A stretch of 63,977 nt of DNA, filler included, from Hausera hauseri (GCA_046269625.1; 12 parts of 12 records of this genome joined end to end with filler, not necessarily neighbours in it), one strand, 5' to 3'. Positions 47,267 to 60,614 are shown, counted from the whole stretch's first letter. A program made the numbers and translations. Notes: generated by a model not told the origin, from the sequence alone.

Positions 47267-47885
47267 ATGGTGCAATTTTCCAGATTGTATGCCCAGTGGA
47301 AGTGCTAAAACACACTTTGTGTGTAAACTGTAGCAGAACTACCGTGACATGTTCCATTCACCGCGGTACAATCACATATGCTGGCATCAGGGTGTTGGTG
47401 ATGATGGTGTGTCCTGTTTTACACAACGGGAATTTTGTAAACTGAAATTGATAACGGTAATTGATGGGTTTGATGAGAACTGGTCAGAGAGATTTCTCAA
47501 CGGTGACGTTATAGTCATGGACGATTTATTTCAAGAGGCAACGAAACAAACCTACTTCAACAAGCTGTTCACGAAGATTGCACGACACTGTGGTGTGACG
47601 GTTATTTTCGTTACGCAAAACATGTTCCATCAGGGCGAACAGCACCGAACAAGAAATCTAAACGTACATTATTTGGTGTTGTTCAAAAATTCCCGTGATC
47701 AGACTATCATTGATTATGCTGCACGACAAGCATTTCCTCACAACTGAGCCTACTTGATAGATGCATATCATGATTCTATGAACAAGCCGCATGGATATCT
47801 GTTTATTGACTTTACACAACGTGTCCCGATGACACGCGTGTATCAACAGACATTTTCAATTAGAAAGGTATGTGTTTATAAACGA
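47267..47885 (+). pseudogene. A32-like packaging ATPase
   Basis: PSGSAKT (Walker A relic); IVMDDL; VTQNMF; LNVHYLVLFKNSRD; PHGYLFIDF. Confidence 0.85.
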
Positions 47886-47917
47886 ATTCGAACATCGACG
47901 ATATGATTGTGATAAAA

Positions 47918-48400
47918 TGAAGAATTTCCGAAAAACAATTGTTAAACGTAAACCTACCAAGCGGGTGTCTGGTAAGAAATGTGTCTCAACACGAAACTCT
48001 AAAGTCAAGCGATTAATCAATTCTGTGTTTCGAACAACAGATAGGCGCCAATTACCGTCACAGTGGCAAAGAATATAAACAAATACGTGTCATCAGCATC
48101 AAAACGTCCACAAAAAATGCGATTAAAATGCAGTCAGCCGTACTTTATTGCTTTGATCAATGCACCTACGAGACATAAGCAAAACATGCTCCAATTATTC
48201 CCACAGTTTGTAGTAGACTATTTAATAGAAATTTTGTACAATATCGTTGTGGGTCACGTTGACATTGGTAGTGGAAAGCGCAATTTAATAAAGTATCGAA
48301 AACGACTCAGTGGCCCTACCAACGCAAGATGGCGGATTCCTTGGTGCAATTCTACCGATTGCTACGTCATTGTTGGGTAAACTCATTGGTTCTATAGCAT
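47918..48400 (+). pseudogene. Small basic ORF and core protein (QDGGFLGAILP)
   Basis: Homologous to 40140-40660. Confidence 0.6.
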
Positions 48401-48529
48401 AGTATAAACAATGACGTTAAGTATATGATGATTCGGTGATATGGGTGCGTGGTTTTCATCATTTTGCACCAGTTTACCGATTCTTTCATTTACGTTTCGT
48501 TTTAAGTGCTGTAATATTAACAAAAACGA

Positions 48530-49470
48530 CATCATCGACGACAACATTGGGCGACGTGTGGTTTGATCCGCGTCATCCCGTCGGGTATACTGGCGTCGAG
48601 AAACTGGCAAAGACTGCTAAACAGACTCGGCAACAGACCCAACGTTGGCTCGGGAAACAGTTAGCATAGAGCCTAAACAAACCGATAAGAAGGCGGTTTC
48701 CAATGCGTACATACCGTACTGCCGGTGTAAATAGTGTATGGCAAATGCGTCTGATAGAAATAATTCCGTACGCTAGCATTAACGATGGCTGTCGTTACAT
48801 GCTAACATGCGTTGATGTGTTTAGTCGTTTTGCACGTGAAATTGCTGGGAAATTTAAATACGACAAAGAGATTGCCGACGCTGTTTGGACAACAACAAAT
48901 GCAATAACAGCAGTCAAAGCATTTACAAACGGATTTGGATAAAGAATTCTACAACGCCCATGTTGCAGCGGTCTTGGAACAGTTCGGCATAAACCACTAG
49001 TCGGCGTTTTCCCAATACAAGACTGCACTCGTTCAACGATTTAATCAAACATTGCGCGGTCGCCTAAACAAATTCTTTGGAAAGCAAGGAAACAAACGCC
49101 GGGTAGATGTACTGCTGGATATTATTCATGCATACAATCATTCAGCACATCGTGGAATGAACGGAATGCGCCCGGTTGACGTAATTGATAATTTTGACAT
49201 ATGGCTTTATCAAAACCGAACACAACATCAAGCAATTAAACGCCCAAAATATAAAATCGGTGCTTACTTACGTGGAGAACATAAACAACTACTGGTTTCT
49301 ATCGAACTAGATTCTGACACGTACAAAACATTGGGTGAAAGTGTTCGCGTTAATATGCTCAGACCCATGTACTTATCATTGTCTCACAATATTGTGCACA
49401 ATATTTCCGTGTATATGCTTGGTGAATCTTCGGAACCAATTAAATTTATGTTTGGGTCAACGACGTCGAT
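48530..49470 (+). pseudogene. rve integrase fused by deletion to the penton A C-terminus
   Basis: WFDPRHPVGYTG; LTCVDVFSRF; HAYNHSAHRG; junction YKIGAY|LRGEHKQLL. Confidence 0.82.
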
Positions 49471-49501
49471 AATAAATAAACAGCGTCATCACTACCACGA
49501 C

Positions 49502-49576
<75 letters not shown>
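49502..49576. repeat. (CAT)n microsatellite at contig end
   Basis: Seen directly. Confidence 0.95.
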
Positions 49577-49959
49577 NNNNNNNNNNNNNNNNNNNNNNNN
49601 NNNNNNNNNNNNNNNNNNNNTTAATTAATTAANNNNNNNNNNNNNNNNNNNNNNNNNNNNNNNNNNNNNNNNNNNNTAAATGCTACTGGTGTTTGTGGAG
49701 ATGTTTGAGGGAGAGATTCTATGGATTTTGTGGTATTTTTGGAGGATGCTTCATGAAGAGGTGAAAGTGGAGAAAAAGTTGAGAAACTAAAAGGATCACA
49801 CGAGGAAGGCGAGACTGCAGATGGAAGCGAATGATGCGATAAAGGTGAAGTGAGTAGCGGATATGCAGGCGATGATGGCGAAGTAAGTGGTGAAGGAGCA
49901 GTGGACAGTGACGGAAGTGAAGAGAACTGATTATGATGTGAGGTTAATTGCTGCGACGG

Positions 49960-52900
49960 ATCAAAATCATCGAGAAGAATGCTGGCTTGAGATTAGAAAT
50001 GTATACATTTTGAGGTCTATCCTTACTCAAAATAGTAGCGGTGTACGAAGAGTGGTTGAGTAGGGAACAACGTACTGAGGCCGAAAACCAGAAGGTTACG
50101 GGTCCTTCAGCCATACAAACTTGGCTGAGTACAAATCCTCTGGAATATAGGACTTGTCTTTATTTATAAGGCGGCAAAAGGCATTTGAGTTGATATCTAC
50201 AAAATGGGACTGTGCCGCACGAATAACTTCATCTGACGGACTTTCATTGAGATAGGAGAGCTCAAATGGTGCACAAATTTGTGTCCCGAAGAAAGCTTCA
50301 GCTGGAGCACAGCCGGTGGTGATGGATGGCGTGTTGCGCCAACCGAATAGGAAAAGAGGAAGAATTGAGGTCCAGTTGTGATTGTTGTTTGCCAAGATTT
50401 TTAAGAAAATCTTCATGGTGCGGTAAAATCTCTTAAGAAGATCATTTGCTTGAGGATGGTACGGCGTCGAATCGAAATGGACTATCCCCAAGTACTTTAC
50501 TAGAGATTTACCAAGAGCAGCTTCAAATTGCGGACCCTGGTCCGTTATGATGTGACGTGGTGAACCAAAACGGCTGACCCATATCTTGATAAATGCATCT
50601 GTTACTGAGTCAATGTTGGTTGATCAAAGAGGAATGGCTTCCGGACAGCGAGAAGCGCGATCCAACATTAATAAGATATATTGATAGCCGTTATCGGATG
50701 GTAAAGGACCGACAAGAGCCAAATAAACAGTGTCTAAACGAGATGTGCAAGGGAAGTGGTAAAGTGGTGGTTCGAGGTGTTTGTGGACCTTGTATTGCTG
50801 GCATGCGACACATCTCTTAATCCAGATTTGTACATATGTACGCATAGTAGGCCATACAACATGGAGTTACAGTATACGGAATGTGGCTTTTGAACCCGGA
50901 TGATGAAGAGAGTGAAAATGAGTGAAAGTTATCTTTTGCAACGATGGAGCAAGAATGATTTTTTTATTAGTAGAGTTGGATGTGTCGTATGCGATGCCAT
51001 CGATAATCTCAACAGATTTAAAACCTTGGAGAATACAAGATGATGGCTGATAATTTCTTAGAGTTACAGAAGAGAAGATTGGCTGAACTGTAATTGAATT
51101 GATTGACTGCTACAGAAAGTCTGCTACTAAATTTTTCGTGCCCGAAATGTATTTCATGGAAAAGCTAAATGTCGATAGATATGATATCTGTCGCTCTTGT
51201 CTGGAAGATGACTGTTTTAACGTCATGATATAAAGTAGAGGATTGTGGTCGGTTTGTATGGTAAATTGACGTGATAGAAGCAAATGCATAAAATGCTTTA
51301 CCGCTAGAACTACGGTCAGGAGTTCATGATCGAATGTTGAGCATCGGCTTTCCGGTTACGCGAGCTTTTGGGAATAGAATTCCAATGGCTCGTCAACACA
51401 TTGTATATTTGGTGTAATATCGCACCAGTGGCTGTGGTTGAGGCATAGGTAGTTCATATTAGTTCCGCGTTTGGTTTTGGAAAAGCCAAGATTTTAACGG
51501 TTTTTAGACCTTCACGAAGGCGATCAATTGATTTACTAGATTGGGAGTTTAATGGATTAATTGTCTTTTCTTCCACGATGAGAGGTGTGCAAAAGGTGCC
51601 GGCAGCTCGGAGCAATGTGGCACGTTTTTGTGTACAAAATGCAATGTCCCTAGAAAACTCCTCATATCGGTAGTAGTAGTTGGTAACGTCACATTTTTTA
51701 ATTGTTCTAAGCGATCAGGCTGGGGCGAATGACCTTCGGGCGTAATTATACGGCCTAAGACGTTGACGCGTTTCTGGAAGACACTGCATTTGGCAAAATT
51801 GATTTGCAGGTTGCTTTGATGCGATCTGTGGAAAATAATTCTAAGGTGCTCATTATGTTGTTTGATAGATATGGAAGGGACTAATATGTCATCTATGTAG
51901 GGGTGAGAAAAATTAAGACCTGAGAGAACGGTGTCAATGTGGCGCTGAAAGGTCTGAGATGCGCTACGTAGGCTGAAGAGCATGAAGACGTATTCATAAA
52001 GGCCAAATGGTGTGATGACGGCAGTTTTTAGAATGTTATCAGGTTCAACAGGAATTTGATGGTAATCCTTGTGCAGATCAATGGTAGAGTAGGTATTGGT
52101 GTTATTGATGTTATGAAGAATATCCTTAATGAATGGTAGTGGATGGACATCTGTAATAGTTAGGTTGTTTAATTGTCGATAGTCGCCACGTGGCCTATAG
52201 ATACCATCGTTCTTTACCACTACATGATGAGGAGAAGCCCACATGAATTCGACCTCCGAATGATACCAGACATTTCCAGTTCATTAAATTCCTGTTCCAC
52301 AGCTTTACGTCTGCGTGGCGACAAGGGTCTGACCTTTTGTTTTATCGGCCTCTGATGCTCCATTACAATGTAATGATAGGTTGAGTATGAGAGCTTGAAG
52401 TCGATTTTAATTTTAACTATGCTAAAGCATGACGTCGTGATGTATGATTTAAGATCGGAGTCTAGAGATAAGAATGAATGAGGCATATCATTAGAAAGAA
52501 CAGCTCCAGTGATTGACAAAAATCAACTGACATTGCTACTATCGGCGCATAATTTGGATTTTTGTTTTAGAATAGATTTATGATTGTCGTTCATAATTGA
52601 AATATTACCGACTTTATCCGAAGTATATTTATAGATGACAAAGCATTAAACATGCTCACAGATGAATGCAATGAAATGCTCGCTAAGTTGTCTACGAGGC
52701 ACATGTTTGGAGTTGCAATCGAGTACCTGCTTAAAAACAGCCGTGTTTACAATCGACCAATAGATCATATGCGGCAAGGAAATCTGAGCCTCTTATGGGA
52801 TATTTAATGTTGGCCAAGTGGAACTTCCAGACAAACTTATCTGGCAAATTGGCGAATGTAAAAGTCAATTCCGTGGTTCTTTTAATGTGAAACGGTTGAC

Positions 52901-54470
52901 CACTAGCAGTGAAAAGCGCTAAACGGGAAATTATAGTGGATGTAGGAGTGAAGGACAAGGGAAGGAGCAAAAAGGCAGCTCCTGAGTTTATAAGGAAGTC
53001 GATATGTGAAGTATCTCTGCATAACAGCGCAGCTTTCAACAGAAAGACTGCAGAAGCGGTGTTGAAACGGCCAGAAATTGAGCAATATTGCTTGTGCCAG
53101 AATGTGCCGTAAAATAGAGTGGCATTATTAGTTTTTAAAGGATTTGGAGAAAAGGAAGAAGAGAAAGAAAAGCGAGGAGATTTATCGTTGTAATGTTTAC
53201 AACCAGGCACACATAATCTAGCCTGTGGCTGGTATTTGTTGTGGTATATGCAAATAGAGTTGTCCACAGCGTACCGTTCGCTGTACAACCGGCAGCCCAA
53301 AAGCATTTCCTAGCATCCCTTTGAAATCCCGTATGATAGAAGCAAGTCATACGTCCACCAGGTGAAATGGATCGAGTAAAGTGTCTGAAAATGCTTCTCT
53401 CCCTTGAATGTCTGGTTTCACTTAGTCGAGGCGCATTAAGATCATTTAGTTGGGTAGTAGTGACCGAAATCGACTGCTGTAACTTGTCAAACTGTTGCTG
53501 CATTATTTGCAATTGTTAAGTAAAAATGTTGTGTCTGCAGTTGGAGCACATGTGGTTTCAGCCTAAATAGGAAGAGAACTGTTGGTATGAAGAAACTCAA
53601 AGTATTTATCAGCCATTATTGCCAGTTTTTGAATAGCAGTGGACTCGTCGACAACGGTGATTAAGGCTCTGATTGAGGTTGGCAAAGATGACAAGAAATA
53701 ACGGCGAATTAAATCCGCGTTATTCGTAGGTGTCACTCCTAGAGCGCTAAGCTGCAGAATGATCGTTTGGAGAAAGTCGGATGGCTTTTGGTTTCCTATC
53801 GCGTGGTCGTTAAATACTTTTGTATTATATTGTCAATCGAAGGATCCGTGACATGCAGTATAGCTTTATAGAGTGTCTTGTAAGGTGTCGAGGATTGGAG
53901 CGGCTCGGAGATGTTACTAATCTGCTGCTTGACGTTGGCAGGAAGAAGAATTAAAAGACTATTGGCTCGCACAATAGAATCAGTGATGTTGTTCGATTTT
54001 AGCCCCTTTTGTTGGAATTGCAGGCATAGTTTGCTCGAGTTGTTTTTATCGAGAAAAAATTCCACAAAAGGTAAATTTAACGAATCTCGTGACTGTTGGG
54101 AGTGTGGCAAGCAATAGATGTTGCCTATATTTGTGGATTTATCATCCGAAAAGGATGGATTGGAATTTGATCCACCCCGGAGGTGAAAATGGAGCATGAA
54201 ATAGGTAACTGGACGTTCTTGGCATACGAAAGACAAGAGGGAGTCTAAAGGATGTATTGTAAGTCCTTGATATGTGAAATAGAAGTCAGAAGTGTTGTAT
54301 GATGAGGACAAAACGGTATATAAGAGCTGTGCTGTATTGTTGAGTGGAGCTCTTATGGTTTTTACATGTTGATTATTGCTGAAGACAAGGAAGGAGAGTT
54401 TCAGCGAAATAATTCTAGGAGAATGGTGAAATGCATGGGGAGCTTGGGCGGTTTCCTTCTGTGTTAACAA
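49960..54470 (-). mobile_element. Gypsy copy C (Ubl-gag-PR-RT-RH-IN), degenerate
   Basis: gag with two knuckles (CFYH..C..C, CIYH..C..C); INSGA protease; RT WASP and YIDDIL; RNase H STFDHELL and TDHNPL; integrase STPYHPQAN. Confidence 0.92.
54171..54410 (-). CDS. Ubiquitin-like domain in frame with gag (copy C)
   Basis: Within ORF 53796-54470: TSDFYFTYQGLTIHPLDSLLSFVCQERPVTYFMLHFHLRGG|S, then gag. Confidence 0.75.
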
Positions 54471-57169
54471 GAGGTATGGGCGTGCAGCCGGGGTAGCGGT
54501 GACAAGTGATGATTGGGATAAAGGAATATCCGAAGATATTGAGCTTAAAAACCCTTTAAAATGAAAAATTATGTGAGCTGTGAAGGATTTGTATGAGCGC
54601 AGAAAATGGTCGCACTGGTGGGCGCAAACTAGTGAAAAAATTTAATCCAACTGTGTCCAAATGTGATGTTACTAAACGCAGTGACCGCATCTTCATTGTG
54701 ACCAAACATTAACAATGTGATTGTAACGTGGAACGGTTGAGCTTAACAGTTTTCGCCGGGCCATAATGCTGTTAAATTGAAATGGGCACCGTGTGAACTG
54801 ATCTGTCTTTGTGGCAAGAGGATATTAGCATCGGCAATATTGGAGGATATTAGTGGACCAAAACGTTTTGTGTTCAAGGCCATAACTCATACTGAATAAT
54901 TAGTTGATTCACTGGGATCGTCCAGCGTTACAGTCATTCTGCCTTGAACATCAAAAACTGGCGTAGGTCTTTTGCACATAACATCTGTACTATTTTGTCT
55001 CGAATTATGAACAATAACAATCGATTCTTTTATCATATTCGTTTTCTTTGCATTGTCAAAAATAGCAGCTTTGATCTTTTATCTATCGCTTTTGTTTAAA
55101 TGGAAGGAACTGAAACTACTGAATAACCAATTACTCAGAATCCGTAGAGCTAAGGGAGCTAGTCGGGGCATTACATTAAACAAATCCAAAGACTCCAAAA
55201 ATATTGAAAGAAATGGACAAGGTATTGAAGAAATGAAGGAAAGAACAAAGAAAAAGGTACGGAGGTTCATAAAAAAGGGAACGTTTGGAGACAGAAACGA
55301 AGAAGTACGAATTACAGAAAGTCAAAACNNNNNNNNNNNNNNNNNNNNNNNNNNNNNNNNNNNNNNNNNNNNTTAATTAATTAANNNNNNNNNNNNNNNN
55401 NNNNNNNNNNNNNNNNNNNNNNNNNNNNCCGGGGGTACGAACTTTTCCCGGAGACTTTTGAGTCGTCCCTTTTCAACCACTTTTCAATCCCTTTCTCTTC
55501 TCATCGCCAACACTTCGATGAAAAAACCTTCGGCGGGCCGCATTGACGGCCCCGGAGGGACGCTTTCATCTTAACCGCGGGCCGGATTCGTGGTACTCGC
55601 GGGCTAATTTTCGCCCGCGGGCCGTAGTTTGGAGACTCCTGCACTAACTGACAGTGTTCTATGAAGGTCAAAATGAAATTTTTTACAAACAAAAATGACA
55701 TAAGAACACCTTAGTAGTCATAGTTCGCCCTGCAAAATTTATCCTATCGCGATATATTGCTCATGTCCCGATTTTCTGATCGGCGAGACATTACTGAAAT
55801 TTTATCTTCTCAACGGCAAAACACTGTCCAAGCCCGATTTTCCGTCTTCAATAATAGTCTTGTTCTTCAGTAATAGCGATCGCATATTCTCGAATTAAGG
55901 TTTTTGGATCCGCAAAGCGCTGATAGAGATCCATCTTCCATTTTGCGAAACGGAAAGATCGATCCATTTTGTGGTCTTTTCTTTTTTTTTTTTTTTCTTG
56001 GAATTCCCCAAAAATATCTTATTAACATGCGAGTTGAAATTAAACATCCGTTTTCTTCTGAAGTATCAAATGAAATGCCTGTGTTGTGCAGGAACAGTGC
56101 GTGTTTCAAGTTTCGGGATTAGTGCGTAAATATTCCCTGTAAACTTCCAAGAAGGAAAAAAACTGGGATTTTTCCAGAAAAATCAAAAATTGGAAGAAAT
56201 ATATGGCAAATCGGAAGAACGGCTCGGAAAACAGAAAATTTTCGGCAAAAACGGGAAAAATGACACCGCGGATTTCGGGATTTTCAGGTGCGTTTTAACG
56301 GGAATTGAAAATTTCTCTTATTTCAATGTATTTTTACTAATTTCCCCGATTTTTCCTGATACACCAAATTTCCTAATTTTCCGGCTGCATCGCCAGAGTA
56401 TTTCTGAGGGTGAGGCAGTATGGAAACCCTAGATTTAACAACGACCATTCGTAAAATTCGGATACTTTCCGGTGCCCCGATTTCGATCTTCAGTACTCTT
56501 TGCCTATAGAAAATATTTTTAAAGGATTTTCAAAAGCAGCATGATAAAGAAAAAATAAAAAGCAGGGAAAGAAAAAAATAAAAAGAAAGAGGAAATCCGT
56601 AGAAATCAGCATCTCTGAAAGAACGCTTATCGATCCCACCGAGAGGGAATCAAGATATTGGTTCTCAAAATTTCTTTGCGTAATCAATTCTGAGGTGCAT
56701 CGAAAAATCTGGCTCAAGTTTTTATAAATAAGATGATGTTACCTGAACTCCTCACTATGTTCAAAAATTGGTGTGATTGCATACACTATCATTGCATATC
56801 GTTTTCTTCAAAAAATATAAACACACGGACTTGGTTCACTAGTACTCAGCCAATATTCAGAAAACAAGAGAACCTTTGCGAACGTAGTTTTATTGAACAA
56901 AGTGAGAATATATGTGATGGTGTTAATGAAGATCACGCCCCACGGATGAATTTATAAGTCATGATAAAGTTAAGAAATAAACTAACTAAAAGTATTCTAC
57001 AGAAGCGAGGAATTTGTGGTGAGGTAGGAGTAGGGAGTCCATTTGAGAAACTGAATATTTTTTTCAGACAAGTGTACATAGTCATGCTTGTCTCAGGTAA
57101 CCAATTGGGCGGGAAGATCAAAAACAGGAAGGAGTGAAAAGTATCATTTACCTATAATAGTAAGGATTA

Positions 57170-57412
57170 AAAAAAAAACCACTCCCATAGCACTGGTATA
57201 TGCCGTAGGGTAATGAAGTGTTAGTGCCTTCATTTTTCTAGGCTTCGACTTTGTGAGTAGGGACGCCACCACCTTTCTCGCCACATTTATTTCCCATGTT
57301 TTATCCTGGTACCCATTTCAGGCTGGGTAAACCTAAGGTCCGGCAGTCAGAATTGAACCCGCGTCACTAGACTCAGCTGCCGAGTGCACTAACCACTCGG
57401 CCACCACGGACC
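57170..57412 (-). mobile_element. tRNA-derived SINE
   Basis: Minus strand A-box TGGCCGAGTGG and B-box GGTTCAATTC, then CCCAGCCTGAAATGGGTACC (conserved SINE central-domain-like). 3' limit approximate. Confidence 0.65.
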
Positions 57413-58049
57413 GCCATCTTATATTATGCCAATGAATTATGACTGTAGATCATATCCGTTTCTTAAGCGTCCCCCATCTCCTTATAGGAACTACAAAGGT
57501 AGAACTACACTGTCTACGTAATCAGTATCAGCGGTGAGAATCCAAATATTATTTAATAGGAATTTTATGACTTTATGTTGGCCAGACCGTCATAACACCT
57601 GTTCATTTTCAGATCGGTAACATGCTAATCTGGTACGCTGGGCATCCAAGGATGTATGTTCTTTAGTTTGTGTAGTAATTCTCAACCTATGTTCATGGCA
57701 GGTGATTTTGCGCGGCACACTACGGTACATTATCATAGAGCGATTTACGTTGCACTGTTTCGTTAAGTGTGTGGCCCAGTACATCCGATTTGAACACGGC
57801 ATTTTTCGGGTTTGCCTTCCCTAGGAAGTTATGGAGTCATCCTATCCAGGTTCTTGTACGTCCAAACACTGCCCGCAAGAATCGGAGGTTTGTAGAGTAG
57901 CCTTTTCTAGTTAGTTAGTTAGTTAGTTAGTTAGTCGACAGATTGTCATCACTGCACGCGGAACAAGTCCATAAGTGCTCCGACCTCCTCCTCAATAGCT
58001 CCCAAAGCACACGACGACCATCAGTTCCAGTTCAGTGTTGATTAATCAA

Positions 58050-58860
58050 ACCTCTGGTACCTCCAGCGTGGCGCTCAAATTTGACAACTCCTCGCGTCAC
58101 CCCACGTTCATGCATTCTGGGGAGGACACACATTCTGACTCTTTAGCAAAATCCTCCTTCCGGCCGATCTTGCGGAGGACATTCAAGATGTCAGCTCAGT
58201 TCATGGCTCTGCCACCCTTAACAGTAACAGTACTCGCCAGTTTGTCTGCTTGTTCGTTCTCTCGAACACGGCCTGTTTCAATTTTTCTAAGCATGCTCAT
58301 CGAGTCACTAAGAATGCACACGCCAGTTACACTCTGCGTCTCCAGCCAACGGAACGCCTTTGTGACTGCCATCATCTCCATTGTCATGCTACTTGTAGTC
58401 ACTCCAAAAGCTCCACTGTCCTCCTTAATATTTTCTTCCTGCCCGACGAGCCGTGAAGGCCCATGCGCTGTGTACGTGACGAACCACTGAGCCATCGGTG
58501 TAGATAACAATGTCACCTTCAGACGAGTTCTCAGCAACCAACGTCTGAACCTGTGAGTTGACAACCAATGGATGAGTCGAGTTCCCTTTTCTGTTAAATG
58601 TGATACGATTCTGAACCAGGTCTTCAGATTTAAAAACAGTGGAACCCACTCATCGCCAATATCTTCTAGGACACAGACACGCTGAAGCACCTGCTCTGCT
58701 CGACCCATCCATGACGTTCCCCTTTTTAGTCTGCTGCCTTTGGTTTTCTGTATTTCACAGTGCAGCGGGTGCTTTGTATTGGCGCTAATGCGGAGGTATG
58801 CCTTTGCTCGACACAATTGCATTGTTTAACCAGGGTGTGCCCCCCCCCCCCCTCAGGACA
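58050..58860 (-). pseudogene. Non-LTR retrotransposon 3' fragment with RNase H
   Basis: IYTDGS; TMEMMA; ILSDSMS; NEQADKLA. Confidence 0.8.
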
Positions 58861-58869
58861 AGTCTCAAT

Positions 58870-59213
58870 GGGGATCGGGACGTGTCTAGAAGAATGTTGA
58901 AAATCCCTGGGACAGCAAAGAGATTAAATGAAAATGTTTTACAAGAAGCAGACGCAAAAAGAACGCTTATCAGTAAGATCAGAAAGAGACAAACATCCAT
59001 GATTGGCCATGTTTTAAGAAGAGAAGGTCCGGAGAACTTGTCACCACAGGCAAAATACCAGGAAATAGAAGTAGTGGACGACAGAGAAGGAAGTGTCTGG
59101 ATGGTTTGCGTGAATGTCTGGGCAAATAGGCAAAAGCATGGATGACACCAGGAACCGCGAGAGATGGAGATCGATAACTACCTACGCTGTACAGCGTGGC
59201 ACGTGATGATGAT
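58870..59213 (+). pseudogene. RTE-clade LINE 3' fragment
   Basis: RRMLKI..NENVL..IRKRQ..GHVLRR; (TGA)n tail. Confidence 0.7.
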
Positions 59214-60109
59214 ACTGAATATGCTCCTCCTGGATATTACGCCAGGTTTAACTGATAAAAATTAAAGCTAATTTTGTTTCCCTTACTGTATCACTAAATG
59301 GGAAGGAAGAGCATGACTGGACTCGAATCAAGGCAGATGTACCCTGGCCGCTCCTACTGTCTGCCCCTGTCCTACCGAAGTTCAGACGTTGGTTCAGTTT
59401 GAAAAGCCTAGACTATGCCGTAGACGGCTGCACGGGGCCTGGGCGCTATATTCCCAAGTCTCAGACTCACTTAAAACGCCATGCAACGCATAGGCTGGAC
59501 CCCTTTAGGGCATGCTCCGTGACCTTCCTCGGGAACACGCACATCACGGAATGAACCTGTCCGAGCGTGGAGATAGAGATTCCTTTGGTAATTTAATTAT
59601 GTACAGAGACTGGCGACTCGCGAAATGTCTTGGTTATGCATTTTTTTCGTTAGCAGACTTTTTTTTCTCGCTGATTTNNNNNNNNNNNNNNNNNNNNNNN
59701 NNNNNNNNNNNNNNNNNNNNNTTAATTAATTAANNNNNNNNNNNNNNNNNNNNNNNNNNNNNNNNNNNNNNNNNNNNTATCGATCGGCACATGTGCAAAA
59801 TCGATTTAGCGATCCAACCCCCCCCCCCCGGGTTGAGCCAGAAGCGGTATTTTCCCCCTACTGATAAACATTTTCGTTTCAACAAACACGTCGGTGTTTT
59901 TTCCGTTTTCGGTTCGTCTTTCATTGTCGTAAGGAACGTTTTTTTTATCGGATTTGAGAAATTGCTGTCATTTCGATTTATTTCACGGTTCGATGTCCTG
60001 ATGCATTAAAGTATTTAAACCATCGGTTGATTTGCGTTTTTTTGTTGTCTATGGTTCAATACCGGTTTGATTTTAAAATTTTTCATAACAATTCGTAATC
60101 TTGTAATCC

Positions 60110-60472
60110 CTCATTAGTTGCCAATAAACTGTCGTAAGGTAGAATAATTTTCTCATAATTAATTCGCAGTGCGTAAACGTGATTGCTACTCTTATAGCCC
60201 AATTTCGTACCAATTTTCGGCCAGAGTTTGTTAACGGTCACATGATCATAGCCGGCATTTTACGAACTAATTTGTGTAATTTGTGCGGATCTAGATGTCG
60301 TCCGTTGATATTTGGTACGTTCAATTTGTCGGATCCTTGCAATCACATAAACTGGGATAATTTCGTCAGAAAATTCAATTTAATTCGTGATTGGGCTTTC
60401 ATTTCAAAAAGTTTTTGTATTCTCGGTGTAAACTGAAGTGTGTTGACATTTGGAGAAAATGTCGGTTTAAGG
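60110..60472 (-). pseudogene. KDM5/JARID1-like ARID domain fragment (not in ORF track)
   Basis: Hand translation: KPTFSPNVNTLQFTPRIQKLFEMKAQSRIKLNFLTKLSQFM*LQGSDKLNVPNINGRHLDPHKLHKLVR / GYDHVTVNKLWPKIGTKLGY..LRINYEKIILPYD. Confidence 0.78.
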
Positions 60473-60614
60473 AAGGAGCAAAATCACTAGCTGAGTGGCA
60501 GCTAGACGAGCTAAGGACTGACCAAAGAGGACCACGACGGGGAGCATTCCCGTCTACCAGTACCGGGTGATAGATAAATCTCCAGGATTGTGGCGACATC
60601 TACAGCCGCGGCAC

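Noticed and set aside
55530-56432. hAT-like terminal motifs (CAGGAGTCTCCAAACTACGGCCCGCG; TAGGGTTTCCATA)
   Set aside because: Only single ends are visible, so boundaries cannot be supported.
57335-57412. tRNA gene
   Set aside because: A and B boxes are present but there is no convincing cloverleaf; it continues into a SINE body.
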